Assembly: GCA_903813345.2 (NCBI GenBank)
Contig: CAIIXF020000001.1
Coordinates: 34,224,001-34,288,000 of the forward strand
Reading direction: 5' to 3'
Source of the DNA: Owenia fusiformis
Lineage: Eukaryota
DNA length: 64,000 nucleotides
Position 1 is the first letter of the stretch, and each line of letters starts with the position of its first letter. Positions 53,125 through 64,000 of the stretch are shown in pieces. The notes under the pieces were generated by a model, which searched no databases, was not told where the DNA came from, and saw only the letters and a list, made by a program, of their open reading frames with translations. Both the position numbers and the translations under genes were made by a program.

Positions 53125-56100
53125 ATTTGCTGATTTTTTGTAACAAAATTATTTCAAGCCACTTGCCACTATTTGGACTGACTAAGAGACAGATGGACAA
53201 ATCGATGTTAAGTAAAATGGCTAAAAAAAACAGATATAATTTTTTTGCCAATTGTTTGTAACAAAACTATTTCATACAACTACTCTTTACAGTGACATGG
53301 CCTTTTACAATTCAGGACAGCTGAAATTATTTGTAAAGCTAGGAAATGGGCCAAAAGTGAATTTCGCGAGACAAGAATGGCAACCATTTTGAAAATAGGC
53401 GAGCTTTTGAACCAAGAGTCATAGGAGTTTTTTGTATTGATGTTGAACAAAAATAACTGGAAACTGGAATCCTATCGACAAAGGTTTTAAGGCAAATGGT
53501 CCAAAAGAGGATTTCGCGAGACAGCTGGACAAATCAAAGGTTAACTAAAATGGCTGAAAATAAAATAAAAAAAACGGATATGATATTTTGCCGATTTTTT
53601 GTAACAAAATTATTTCATACAACAAGATGTACTCTTTACAGTGACATGGCTTTTTACAATGCAGGACAGCTGAAATTATTTGTAAAGCTAGAAAATGGGC
53701 CAAAAGTGAATTTCGCGAGACAAGAATGGCGACCATTTTGAAAATAGGCGAGCTTTTGAAGCAAGAGTCATAGGAGTGTTTTTTGTATTGATGTTGAACA
53801 AAATTAACAGGAATCCTATAGACAGAGGGTTTAAGGCACATGGTCCAAAAGTGAATTTTGCGAGAGAGATGGACAAATCAATGTTAACTAAAATGGCTGA
53901 AAATAAAAAAATGGATACAATTTTTTGCTGATTTTTCGTAACAAAATTATTTCATACATCTACTCTTTACACTGACATGGATTTTTACAATGTAGGACAC
54001 TTGAAACTAGATAATGGCAACTCCGCGGAGTAGCAAATCCCAACGAACAAAATATCAATTACTGAATTCCAATCAATTATACTCATTACTTTGGTTAAAA
54101 TTGAAAAATTTAGATTTTACAATTGCGAATTCCTGCAAAGCAGCCATTTTGAATTTTCTGAGGTACAAATCTGAAAAATAATACCATAATTGTGATCTAC
54201 TCCAAAATTCCTTCAATTTGAGTATTATATAGCCATACGTTGAAGGGATCGAAAAATTATTGCGAAATCGTACATTAGACGGCCATTTTGAATTTTACGA
54301 GGCTTGAATCAGAAAAAAGATACAATATTTGCAATCTACTCTTAATTGCCTTTCATTTGAGTATAATAAAGCTATACTTCAGAAAGATCTACAAATTAGC
54401 GAAAATTTCTGTTTTCCTGACCCCCCATACACGGCCCCTGGGGGTCAGGATGAAAAACACAGAATATATGTGAAATAGATAGATGTTGCGAATATACTAC
54501 CAAAATTTCAAACAATAATATTAATTACTTTGGTTTAGAATGGAAAATTTATGATTTTTGCGAAAAAGTCCCGTCATTTTTAAAGCGGCAGCCATCTTGA
54601 AAAAATCCATTTTGAATTTTCTGAGGTACAAATCTGAAAAATAATACCATAATTGTTATCTATTCCAAAATTCCTTCAATTTGAGTATTTTATAGCCATA
54701 CTGATCGAATTTATTGCGAAATCGTACATTAGACGGCCATTTTGAATTTTACGAGGCTCAAATCAGAAAAAAGATACAATATTTGCAATCTACTCTTAAT
54801 TGCCTTTCATTTGAGTATAATAAAGCTATACTTCAGAAAGATCTAAAAATTAGCGAAAATTTCTGTTTTCCTGACCCCCCATACACGTCCCCTGGGGGTC
54901 AGGATGAAAAACACAGAATATATGTGAAATAGATAGATGTTGCGAATATACTACCAAAATTTGAAACAATAATATTAATTACTTTGGTTTAGAATGAAAA
55001 ATGTATGATTTTTGCGAAAAAGTCCCGTCATTTTTAAAGCGGCGGCCATCTTAAAAAGTTTTGCGTAAAACTTTTCATCACTATACATCTTCCACCAAAT
55101 ATGAAGAAAATCCGTCCACTAATATTTGAGTTATCTTCCGGACGGACGGATGGACGGACTGATTGACAGACTGACGGACTGACGGATGGACGGAGGGCTT
55201 CACTATATCCCTACCGAACTTCGTTCGTTGGGATAATTATTTGTAAAGCTAGGAAATGGGTCAAAAGTGAATTTCGCAAGACAAAAATGGCGGCCATTTT
55301 GAAAATAAGCGAGCTTTTGAACTAGGAGTCATAGGGGAGTTTTCTGTATTGATGTTGAACAGAAATAACTTAAAACAGGAATCCTATCGACAGAAGTTTT
55401 AAAACGTCCCACTATTGTTGACGGACGGACAGACAGACAGCCAGACAACAAGTGAGTGATTGCAAAAGCTCACCCTGTGAGCTAATAATAATAAAACCGG
55501 ATATAATTTTTTACTGATTTTTTGTAACAAAATTATTTCAAGCCACTTGCCACTATTTTGGACTAACTGAGAGACAGATGGACAAATCAATGTTAAGTAG
55601 AATGGCTGAAAAAAAAACGGTAACAATTTTTACCAATTATTTGTAACAAAATTATTTCATACAACTACTCTTTACAGTGACATGGCTGAAATTATTTGTA
55701 AAGCTAGGAAATGGGCCAAAATTGAATTTCGCGAGACAAAAATGGCAACCATTTTGAAAATAGGCAAGCTTTTGAACCAGGAGTCATAGGGGAGTTTTTT
55801 GTATTGATGTTGAACAAAAATAACTTGAAACTGGAATCCTATCGACAGAGGTTTTAAGCAAATGGTCCAAAAGAGGATTTTGCGAGACAGATGGACAAAT
55901 CAATGTTAAATAAAATGGCTGAAAATAAAAAAATGGATTTAATATTTTGCCGTTTTTTTGTAACAAAATTATTTCATACAACTACTCTTTACAGTGATAT
56001 GGCTTTCTTCAATGCAGTACAGCTGAAATAATTTGAAAAGCTAGGAAATGGGCCAAAAGTGAATTTTCGCGAGACAAGAATGGCGGCCATCTTGAAAATA

Positions 56101-56154
56101 GGCGAGCTTTTGAACCAAGAGTCATAGGAGAGTTTTGTGTATTGATGTTGAACA
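53125..56154 (-). repeat. ~340-bp tandem array of a HINE-like element
   Basis: Unit GTAACAAAATTATTTCATACA... recurs at about 53258, 53601, 53938, 55643 and 55960. A GACG/GACA microsatellite and AGCTCAC...GTGAGCT hairpin lie at 55420-55485. The array resumes briefly after 63490. Confidence 0.8.
54005..55236 (-). mobile_element. HINE with ~460-bp duplicated core, inserted into the 340-bp array
   Basis: Sub-TIRs ATCCCAACGAAC / GTTCGTTGGGAT. Stem-loop ACTCCGCGGAGT. GGAC/TGAC microsatellite. It splits the host motif TGAA|TTATTTGTAAAGCT without a TSD. Confidence 0.8.
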
Positions 56155-56336
56155 TGTAGCACCCCAGGGGCAGTGCGCTCTTTAATTACTGATAGATGTT
56201 GGTAGCGTAGCGAATAAATTAGCACAACCTGACTCCCGGGGGCGTTACGGGTAATCCCCAGATGGCGCTCCCTCTCTGAAGCCGTCAAATGGGAAAAAGT
56301 GAACAGAATAGTGAATTAATTTTATTTTAATTACAA

Positions 56337-58596
56337 ACAAGGCATTAACATGACAAAATGTCACCACCTAGTTGCTCACAATATTAAGTCAGATTTGAAT
56401 TTCTGAGAACTTGTAAAGTCAAATTTGAACTTCTGAAAAGATGTAGATAATTTTGAAAAAAAAATTTGGTCAATTTGAAGCAAGTTGAAAACAGACCTTT
56501 TTGACCTTTTTTGACCTTGAGAAGGTCATTAAAGGTCAAATGTCAAATCTAAAGTCAGATTTGAATTTCTGAGAACATGTAGATGATTTTGAAAAAAAAA
56601 ATTAGTCAATTTGAAGCAAGTTGAAAAAAGACCTTTTTGACCTTTTTAGACCTTGAGAAGGTCATTGAAGGTCAAATGTCAAATCTAAAGTCAAATCTAA
56701 AGTCATATTTGAATTTCTGAGAACATGTAGATGATTTTGAAAAAAAATTTAGTCAATTTGAAGCAAGATGAAAAAATACCCTTTTGACCTTTTTTGACAT
56801 TGAGAAGGTCATTGAAGGTCAAATGTCAAATCTAAAGTCAGATTTGAATTTCTGAGAACATGTAGATGATTTTGAAAAAAAAATTTAGTCAATTTGAAGC
56901 AAGTTTAAAAAAGACCTTTATGACCTTTTTTGACTTTGAGAAGGTCATTGAAGGTCAAATGTCAAATCTTAAGTCAAATCTAAAGTCAGATTTGAATTTC
57001 TGAGAACACATAGATGATTTTGAAATTTTTTTTAGTCAATTTGAAGCAAGTTGAAAACAGACCTTTTTGACCTTTTTTGACCTTGAGAAGGTCATTAAAG
57101 GTCAAATGTCAAATCTAAAGTCAGATTTGAATTTCTGAGAACATGTTGATGATTTTGAAAAAAAAAATTAGTCAATTTGAAGCAAGTTGAAAAAAGACCT
57201 TTTTGACCTTTTTTGACCTTGAGAAGGTCATTGAAGGTCAAATGTCAAATCTAAAGTCATATTTGAATTTCTGAGAACATGAAGATGATTTTGAAAAAAA
57301 ATTTAGTAAATTTGAAGCAAGATGAAAAAATACCTTTTTGACCTTTTTTGACATTGAGAAGGTCATTGAAGGTCAAATGTCAAATCTAAAGTCAGATTTG
57401 AATTTCTGAGAACATGTAGATGATTTTGAAAAAAAAATTTAGTCAATTTGAAGCAAGTTGAAAAAAGACCTTTTTGACCTTTTTTGACTTTGAGAAGGTC
57501 ATTGAAGGTCAAATGTCAAATCTTAAGTCAAATCTAAAGTCAGATTTGAATTTCTGAGAACACGTAGATGATTTTGAAAATTTTTTTTAGTCAATTTGAA
57601 GCAAGTTGAAAACAGACCTTTTTGACCTTTTTTGACCTTGAGAAGGTCATTGAAGGTCAAATGTCAAATCTTAAGTCAGATTTGAATTTCTGAGAACACG
57701 TAGATGATTTTGAAAAAAAAATTTAGTCAATTTGAAGCAAGTTGAAAACAGACCTTTTTGACCTTTTTTGACCTTGAGAAGGTCACTGAAGGTCAAATGT
57801 CAAATCTAAAGTCAAATTTGAATTTCTGAGAACATGTAGATGATTTTGAAAAAAAAATTTAGTCAAATTGAAGCAAGTTGAAAAAAGACCTTTTTGACCT
57901 TTTTTGACTTTGAGAAGGTCATTGAAGGTCAAATGTTAAATCTTAAGTCAAATCTAAAGTCAGATTTGAATTTCTGAGAACACATAGATGATTTTGAAAA
58001 TTTTTTTTTTAGTCAATTTGAAGCAAGTTGAAAACAGACCTTTTTGACCTTTTTTGACCTTGACAAGGTCATTGAAGGTCAAATGTCAAATCTTAAGTCA
58101 GATTTGAATTTCTGAGAACACGTAGATGATTTTGAAAAAAAAATTTAGTCAATTCGAAGCAAGTTGAAAACAGACCTTTTTTACCTTTTTTGACCTTGAG
58201 AAGGTCATTGAAGGTCAAATGTCAAATCTAAAGTCAGATTTGAAGGTCAAATGTCAAATCTACAGTCAGATTTGAATTTCTGAGAACATGTAGATGATTT
58301 TGAAAAAAAATTTAGTCAATGTGAAGCAAGTTGAAAAAAGACCTTTTTGACCTTGAGAAGGTCATTGAAGGTCAAATGTCAAATCTAAAGTCAGATTTGA
58401 ACTTCTGAGAACATGTAGATGATTTAGAAAAAAATTGAAGTCAGTCTAAACAGTATTTGTTAAGTTATAGGAAGTTGTAAGAAATTGTTACAGACGCCAA
58501 CCGCCGGACGCCAACCACCAACCACCAACCGCCGGACGCCGTCAAAAAAAAACGGAGACCATAACAATATGTCACCACTTTTGGTGGTGACATAAT
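56337..58596 (-). mobile_element. HINE carrying a ~136-bp satellite (about 14 units)
   Basis: Ends match the 8076-8233 element. Unit AAGTCAGATTTGAATTTCTGAGAACATGTAG...GAAGGTCAAATGTCAAATCTA spans about 56385-58440. Confidence 0.9.
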
Positions 58597-60434
58597 AAGA
58601 TCATAACTTTTATTAACTCAAAGTACATTATTTTGCTTGATATGAATTAAATAAATTCCAAGAATTAATATGAATTGAAAGACAAATCAAAGATAATTAC
58701 AGATGGTGCTAATCAAATTGCCTTCAAAATAAGGCTCCCAGATAAATGCAATGTCATGTTGCGACTTCTTAGCCACTCTCAACCGCTCCTGGGGGAGAAC
58801 TGGCAGCGCCGCTAAGTTGGACGATCGCTCCCAGTGCAGCTACATTCCAAACGCTTGGCCGAGCGGGAGGGGGCCGCCAGAAAGACAGCAATACACCAAT
58901 GTCAGCCATGACTTGCAGAATAAATTCAACTAATGTCAATTACATTGATCATTGTAATAAAAAGGATATGCGAGTGCTCAGGCTAGGATGTTTCAGGGGT
59001 GTCTACAAAACAAAGACCTAAGACCTAAGACCTACAAAACTAAGACCCCCCACGTTATAAAACTAAGACCCTGTTATAAAACTAAGACCCCCACGTTATA
59101 AAACTAAGACCCTGTTATAAAACTAAGACCCCCCACGTTATAAAACTAAGACCCTGTTATAAAACTAAGACCCCCCACGTTATAAAACTAAGACCCTGTT
59201 ATAAAACTAAGACCCCCCACGTTATAAAACTAAGACCCTGTTATAAAACTAAGACCCCCCACGTTATAAAACTAAGACCCTGTTATAAAACTAAGACCCC
59301 CATATAATAAAACTAAGACCCTGTTATAAAACTAAGACCCCCCACATTATAAAACTAAGACCCTGTTATAAAACTAAGACCCCCACGTTATAAAACTAAG
59401 ACCCAGTTATAAAACTAAGACCCCCACGTTATAAAACTAAGACCCTGTTATAAAACTAAGACCACCCACGTTATAAAACTAAGACCCTGTTATAAAACTA
59501 AGACCCCCCACGTTATAAAACTAAGACCCTGTTATAAAACTAAGACCCCCACGTAATAAAACTAAGACCCTGTTATAAAACTAAGACCCCCCACGTTATA
59601 AAACTAAGACCCTGTTATAAAACTAAGACCCCCCACGTTATAAAACTAAGACCCTGTTATAAAACTAAGACCACCCACGTTATAAAACTAAGACCCTGTT
59701 ATAAAACTAAGACCCCCCACGTTATAAAACTAAGACCCTGTTATAAAACTAAGACCCCCCACGTTATAAAACTAAGACCCTGTTATAAAACTAAGACCCC
59801 CCACGTTATAAAACTAAGACCCTGTTATAAAACTAAGACCCCCCACGTTATAAAACTAAGACCCTGTTATAAAACTAAGACCTCCCACGTTATAAAACTA
59901 AGACCCTGTTATAAAACTAAGACCCCCCACGTTATAAAACTAAGACCCTGTTATAAAACTAAGACCCCCCACATTATAAAACTAAGACCCTGTTATAAAA
60001 CTAAGACCCCCCACGTTATAAAACTAAGACCCTGTTATAAAACTAAGACCACCCACGTTATAAAACTAAGACCCTGTTATAAAACTAAGACCCCCCACGT
60101 TATAAAACTAAGACCCTGTTATAAAACTAAGACCCCCCACGTAATAAAACTAAGACCCTGTTATAAAACTAAAAACCCCCACGTTATAAAACTAAGACCC
60201 TGTTATAAAACTAAGACCCCCACGTTATAAAACTAAGACCCTGTTATAAAACTAAGACCACCCACGTTATAAAACTAAGACCCTGCTATAAGAATCAGTC
60301 ACCGTGCCTTGCTCCTCTGCTCGCTGTGTTCCCCAGTAACATACAACAGCGGATTATATAAAAATGGACTGTAACAAATACCCGGATTTGTAATTTTTTA
60401 AAAAAGTAATTTTTTGATATCACGATTTATGCCC

Positions 60435-60557
60435 GGCATAAAAAGTGATGTCCCATTTTATGCTGGCATAAAAAGTGATATCCCATTTTATGCTGGCATA
60501 AAAAGTGATGTCCCATTTTATGCTGAGCATAAAAAGAGATACTCCATTTTATGCTGG
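60435..60557. repeat. 30-bp minisatellite (~4 copies)
   Basis: Unit GGCATAAAAAGTGATGTCCCATTTTATGCT. Confidence 0.85.
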
Positions 60558-60580
60558 TATTGTTTTGGAAGTGATGTTTA

Positions 60581-61174
60581 ATGGTAGTTCAAGATTTAAG
60601 ACCCATCATTCTGGCACAGATTGCTGAACCATTGTTAGTTAAGAATTCCTAATAGAATTAAGAATTATTAGCTGAAACTGAGTTGTTTTGCCCAAGCAAA
60701 CAATTTTCCAACTTGTAGTTCAACTTCTTCTGTCTATTTGTTGACAGTCTGTGATGTCGTCATCAATCATCACAATAGAAATGAGGTAATTCACGATGAC
60801 ATCACAAAGTACTCTGATGACATCATCAATCATCACAATGGAAACGAGATAATTCATGATGACATCACAAGGCATCTCTGTCATAGATAGAACTCTGCCA
60901 CATTTCTTAGAAATCAAACTTCTATGTGACATCATAGATAATCTCACTGTCACAGATAGAATTCACCTAATTCCCATTGTGATGATTGATGGTGACATCA
61001 CAGACTGTCAACACATATAGACAAAAATGAATTTCAAATGCATATTGGGATATTGTTTGCTAGGACAAACAGAACAGTTTCAGCTATTAATTCTTAATTC
61101 TATTAGGAATTCTCAACTAAAATAAGTTCAGCAATCTATGTGAGAAAGATGGGTCTGAAATCTTGAACCACCAT
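60581..61174. mobile_element. Palindromic MITE-like segment in the Foldback loop
   Basis: ATGGTAGTTCAAGATTT...ATCAATCATCACAAT is mirrored by ATTGTGATGATTGAT...AAATCTTGAACCACCAT; arms are about 200 bp and imperfect. Confidence 0.7.
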
Positions 61175-61540
61175 GTTACTAGGGAAAACAAGGGTCAGTG
61201 GCAAGACTACCATATGTGTATGTTACTAGGGTAAACAAGGGCCAGAGGCAAGACTACCATGTGTAGAATCTTTATGTTAGTGGGGAGAATCTGTATATTA
61301 GAAGGGAACACAAGGACCAGAAGCAAGACTACCTTTTGTAGAATCTTTATGTTAGTGGGGAGAATCTGTATATTAGAAGGGAACACAAGGACCAGAAGCA
61401 AGACTACCTTTTGTAAAATCTTTATGTTAGTGGGGAGAATCTGTATATTAGAAGGGAACACAAGGACCAGAAGCAAGACTATCTTTTGTAGAATCTGTAT
61501 GTTACTAGGGAAAACAAGGCCCAGAGGCAAGACTACCTTG
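61175..61540. repeat. ~75-bp minisatellite with 45-bp variants
   Basis: Repeated TGTAGAATCTTTATGTTAGTGGGGAGAATCTGTATATTAGAAGGGAACACAAGGACCAGAAGCAAGACTACCTTT. Confidence 0.85.
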
Positions 61541-63610
61541 TGGCGAGCAGAGCAAGGCACGGTGACTGATTCTTATAACAGGGTCTTAGTTTTATCACGT
61601 GGGGGGTCTTAGTTTTATAACAGGGTCTTAGTTTTATAACGTGGGGGGTCTTAGTTTTATAACAGGGTCTTAGTTTTATAACGTGGGAGGTCTTAGTTTT
61701 ATAACAGGGTCTTAGTTTTATAACGTGGGGGGTCTTAGTTTTATAACAGGGTCTTAGTTTTATAACGTGGGGGGTCTTAGTTTTATAACAGGGTCTTAGT
61801 TTTATTACGTGGGGGGTCTTAGTTTTATAACAGGGTCTTAGTTTTATTACGTGGGGGGTCTTAGTTTTATAACAGGGTCTTAGTTTTATAACGTGGGGGG
61901 TCTTAGTTTTATAACAGGGTCTTAGTTTTATTACGTGGGGGGTCTTAGTTTTATAACAGGGTCTTAGTTTTATAACGTGGGGGGTCTTAGTTTTATAACA
62001 GGGTCTTAGTTTTAAAACGTGGGGGGTCTTAGTTTTATAACAGGGTCTTAGTTTTATAACGTGGGGGGTCTTAGTTTTATAACAGGGTCTTAGTTTTATA
62101 ACGTGGGGGGTCTTAGTTTTATAACAGGGTCTTAGTTTTATAACGTGGGGGGTCTTAGTTTTATAACAGGGTCTTAGTTTTATAACGTGGGGGGTCTTAG
62201 TTTTATAACAGGGTCTTAGTTTTATAACGTGGGAGGTCTTAGTTTTATAACAGGGTCTTAGTTTTATAACGTGGGGGGTCTTAGTTTTATAACAGGGTCT
62301 TAGTTTTATAACGTGGGGGGTCTTAGTTTTATAACAGGGTCTTAGTTTTATAATGTGGGGGGTCTTAGTTTTATAACAGGGTCTTAGTTTTATTACGTGG
62401 GGGGTCTTAGTTTTATAACAGGGTCTTAGTTTTATAACGTGGGGGGTCTTAGTTTTATAACAGGGTCTTAGTTTTATAACGTGGGGGGTCTTAGTTTTAT
62501 AACAGGGTCTTAGTTTTATAACGTGGGGGGTCTTAGTTTTATAACAGGGTCTTAGTTTTATAACGTGGGGGGTCTTAGTTTTATAACAGGGTCTTAGTTT
62601 TATAACGTGGGGGGTCTTAGTTTTATAACAGGGTCTTAGTTTTATAACGTGGGGGGTCTTAGTTTTATAACAGGGTCTTAGTTTTATAACGTGGGGGGTC
62701 TTAGTTTTATAACAGGGTCTTAGTTTTATAACGTGGGGGGTCTTAGTTTTATAACAGGGTCTTAGTTTTATAACGTGGGGGTCTTAGTTTTATAACAGGG
62801 TCTTAGTTTTATAACGTGGGGGTTCTTAGTTTTATAACAGGGTCTTAGTTTTATAACGTGGGGGGTCTTAGTTTTATAACAGGGTCTTAGTTTTATAACG
62901 TGGGGGGTCTTAGTTTTATAACAGGGTCTTAGGTCTTAGGTCTTTGTTTTGTAGACACCCGATGTTTCAGGTTAGGTTATGAATTTGAAATAAGCTGATG
63001 AGTTTTACATTTTAGATATTGTTTCTGCTTTGAACATGAAATTTAGCATGGAATTACATGAATTAGAATGAAAGGAAGGATGATAAGCTTACCAAAACAA
63101 TGATTTATCCAAATAATATCCTAATTATATCCAATTAATATGATCTAATCCATGAAATGATGATAAAACGCCAGAATCTAGGACTACATGTTGTGCCTGC
63201 AAAATCCCAGCAGAAGAGACAGTTGGTTCGAACTGAGCATGAAACTAAAATTTCACTGACATGAACCTATTAGCTTAAAAGTATTACATGAGAAAACAAA
63301 CTGAGAAATTCTCTGGCTTCTACTAATAGGTGTGAACTGTTAAAACATACAGGGCTTGACAATTAATATATAAGATACAAGATTTGTCTAAATAAAGTGA
63401 GATAATTACAAAATGATTACAAATCTAGCATTTGATTGGAATAAAAGTAACGGCACAAAAATATTATATATTGGTGGGTCGTTACAAACAAAATTAACTT
63501 AAAGGGACCCACCACCATGGTCACATGATCAGTCATGTGGAGGTAAGCTCTCAGTTGAAATAAAAGCACTGTCCTCCTTTGATTTCTGTGAAAAGTAGCT
63601 AATACCCTCA

Positions 63611-63899
63611 CACACTACTATACCCCCATACTGTATCCTGTATTCCTTTAAAAGAAGTACAGGCTACAGGGAAGTTGCAAATGGAGGACGTTTGTTTATT
63701 TCCATAGTTCTGAATGTATACTAGATTTTACACATATATAGGTAGTGTTCTACTATACATTGTATAGATTCATCGAGCAGTTTGCAACGTATTATTACCA
63801 GAAAAGCCTAATGGACAAAGATAGAGAATGCCCGCTCCATTTGCAACTTAACCGTACCCTGTATCATTTTTAAATGTGGTCACGTGGTAGGGTAGTGTG
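63611..63899. mobile_element. ~289-bp MITE with CACACTAC termini (copy 2, inverted relative to 2575-2857)
   Basis: Reverse-complement match to 2575-2857; CTCA on both flanks. Confidence 0.8.
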
Positions 63900-64000
63900 C
63901 TCATGCATTGGTCAGTTTGTGTGTCACACGACTAATCCATACCATATGCTTCATTCAACATATTTTATGCTATTGAGCTGCATATATAAACAGTACTTTG

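Larger units (their letters stand above)
46212..53133 (+). mobile_element. Decayed L1/Tx1-type LINE, 3'-truncated and interrupted at 50562-52793
   Basis: ORF1, an AT-rich spacer, and ORF2 with APE endonuclease and RT motifs. Multiple stops and frameshifts. It abuts a satellite array at about 53125 with no poly(A) tail. Confidence 0.9.
47983..53133 (+). pseudogene. LINE ORF2 (endonuclease + reverse transcriptase) pseudogene
   Basis: LNVRGL, FLQET, IYAPN, GDFN, SRLDYIF, GYWKLNNSLL, RSRAKWIEKGEKST, KSPGLDG, DFKKAFDS, QGCPIS, HADDTT, GGLGL. The frame rejoins across the insertion as DDGTSWI|DIPKYY. Confidence 0.9.
58997..62960. mobile_element. Foldback-type (MULE-like) element with tandem-repeat inverted arms
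   Basis: Ends GGGTGTCTACAAAACAAAGACCTAAG / CTTAGGTCTTTGTTTTGTAGACACCC. Exact 10-bp TSD GATGTTTCAG (58987-58996, 62961-62970). Arms 58997-60324 and 61543-62960 are built of a 42-bp unit (19+23 subunits), about 30 copies each. Confidence 0.92.
56155..63486. mobile_element. Solo LTR (~1.1 kb net of insertions; Gypsy-like 4-bp TSD)
   Basis: TGTAGCACCC...GGGTCGTTACA termini. AACA at 56151-56154 and 63487-63490. The host repeat GTTGAACA|AAATTAACTT is restored when the element is removed. Confidence 0.7.

Noticed and set aside
53496..56288. Several 60-100 aa ORFs
   Set aside because: They lie in tandem-repeat DNA and are not conserved in frame between units.
56155..58844. Shorter LTR ending at GCTACA (58844)
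   Set aside because: No TSD follows it. The AACA duplication and the resumption of the host repeat occur only at 63487.
59037..60290. Telomeric repeat
   Set aside because: There are no tandem TTAGGG/TTAGG hexamers or pentamers; the unit is 42 bp and is bounded by a TSD.
61207..61612. 117-aa ORFs on both strands
   Set aside because: They are translations of a ~75-bp minisatellite with no protein features.
58997..62960. CRISPR-like regular repeat array
   Set aside because: The units are contiguous with no unique spacers, there are no cas genes, and the context is eukaryotic. They are Foldback arms.
62990..63040. CTGATGAG hammerhead core
   Set aside because: No stem II or GAAA follows in the correct position.
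1..64000. Prokaryotic operon, defence system, rRNA or tRNA genes
   Set aside because: Coding density is very low, spliceosomal signals and metazoan TE types are present, and I recognised no structural RNA gene by eye.

Overview
AT-rich, non-bacterial DNA, most likely from a marine invertebrate (lophotrochozoan or ambulacrarian). The window is almost entirely intron/intergenic sequence built from nested transposable elements. The only host-gene sequence I can support is one minus-strand coding exon (22726-22934) encoding a signal-peptide-like start and the N-terminus of an MSP130-like protein. The largest coding relic is a decayed L1/Tx1-type LINE (about 46.2-53.1 kb) whose ORF1 has zinc knuckles plus an SGNH esterase-like domain. 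Its ORF2 is split by a CAC...GTG element with a 5-bp target-site duplication (TSD). From 53 to 63.5 kb there is a Russian-doll stack: a satellite-bearing Helentron-like element (HINE) hosts a solo LTR, which hosts a second HINE with a ~136-bp satellite and a 4-kb Foldback-type element (42-bp tandem arms, 10-bp TSD). Smaller signals: three 11-21 bp palindromic micro-insertions (CAYGG...CCRTG), each flanked by an exact 7-bp duplication and resembling P-superfamily excision footprints; two CAC-ended elements with exact 5-bp TSDs (Transib/RAG-like signature); a templated inverted insertion; and a perfect 158-bp palindrome. Family assignments rest on terminal/TSD signatures and remembered motifs; no database search was run.
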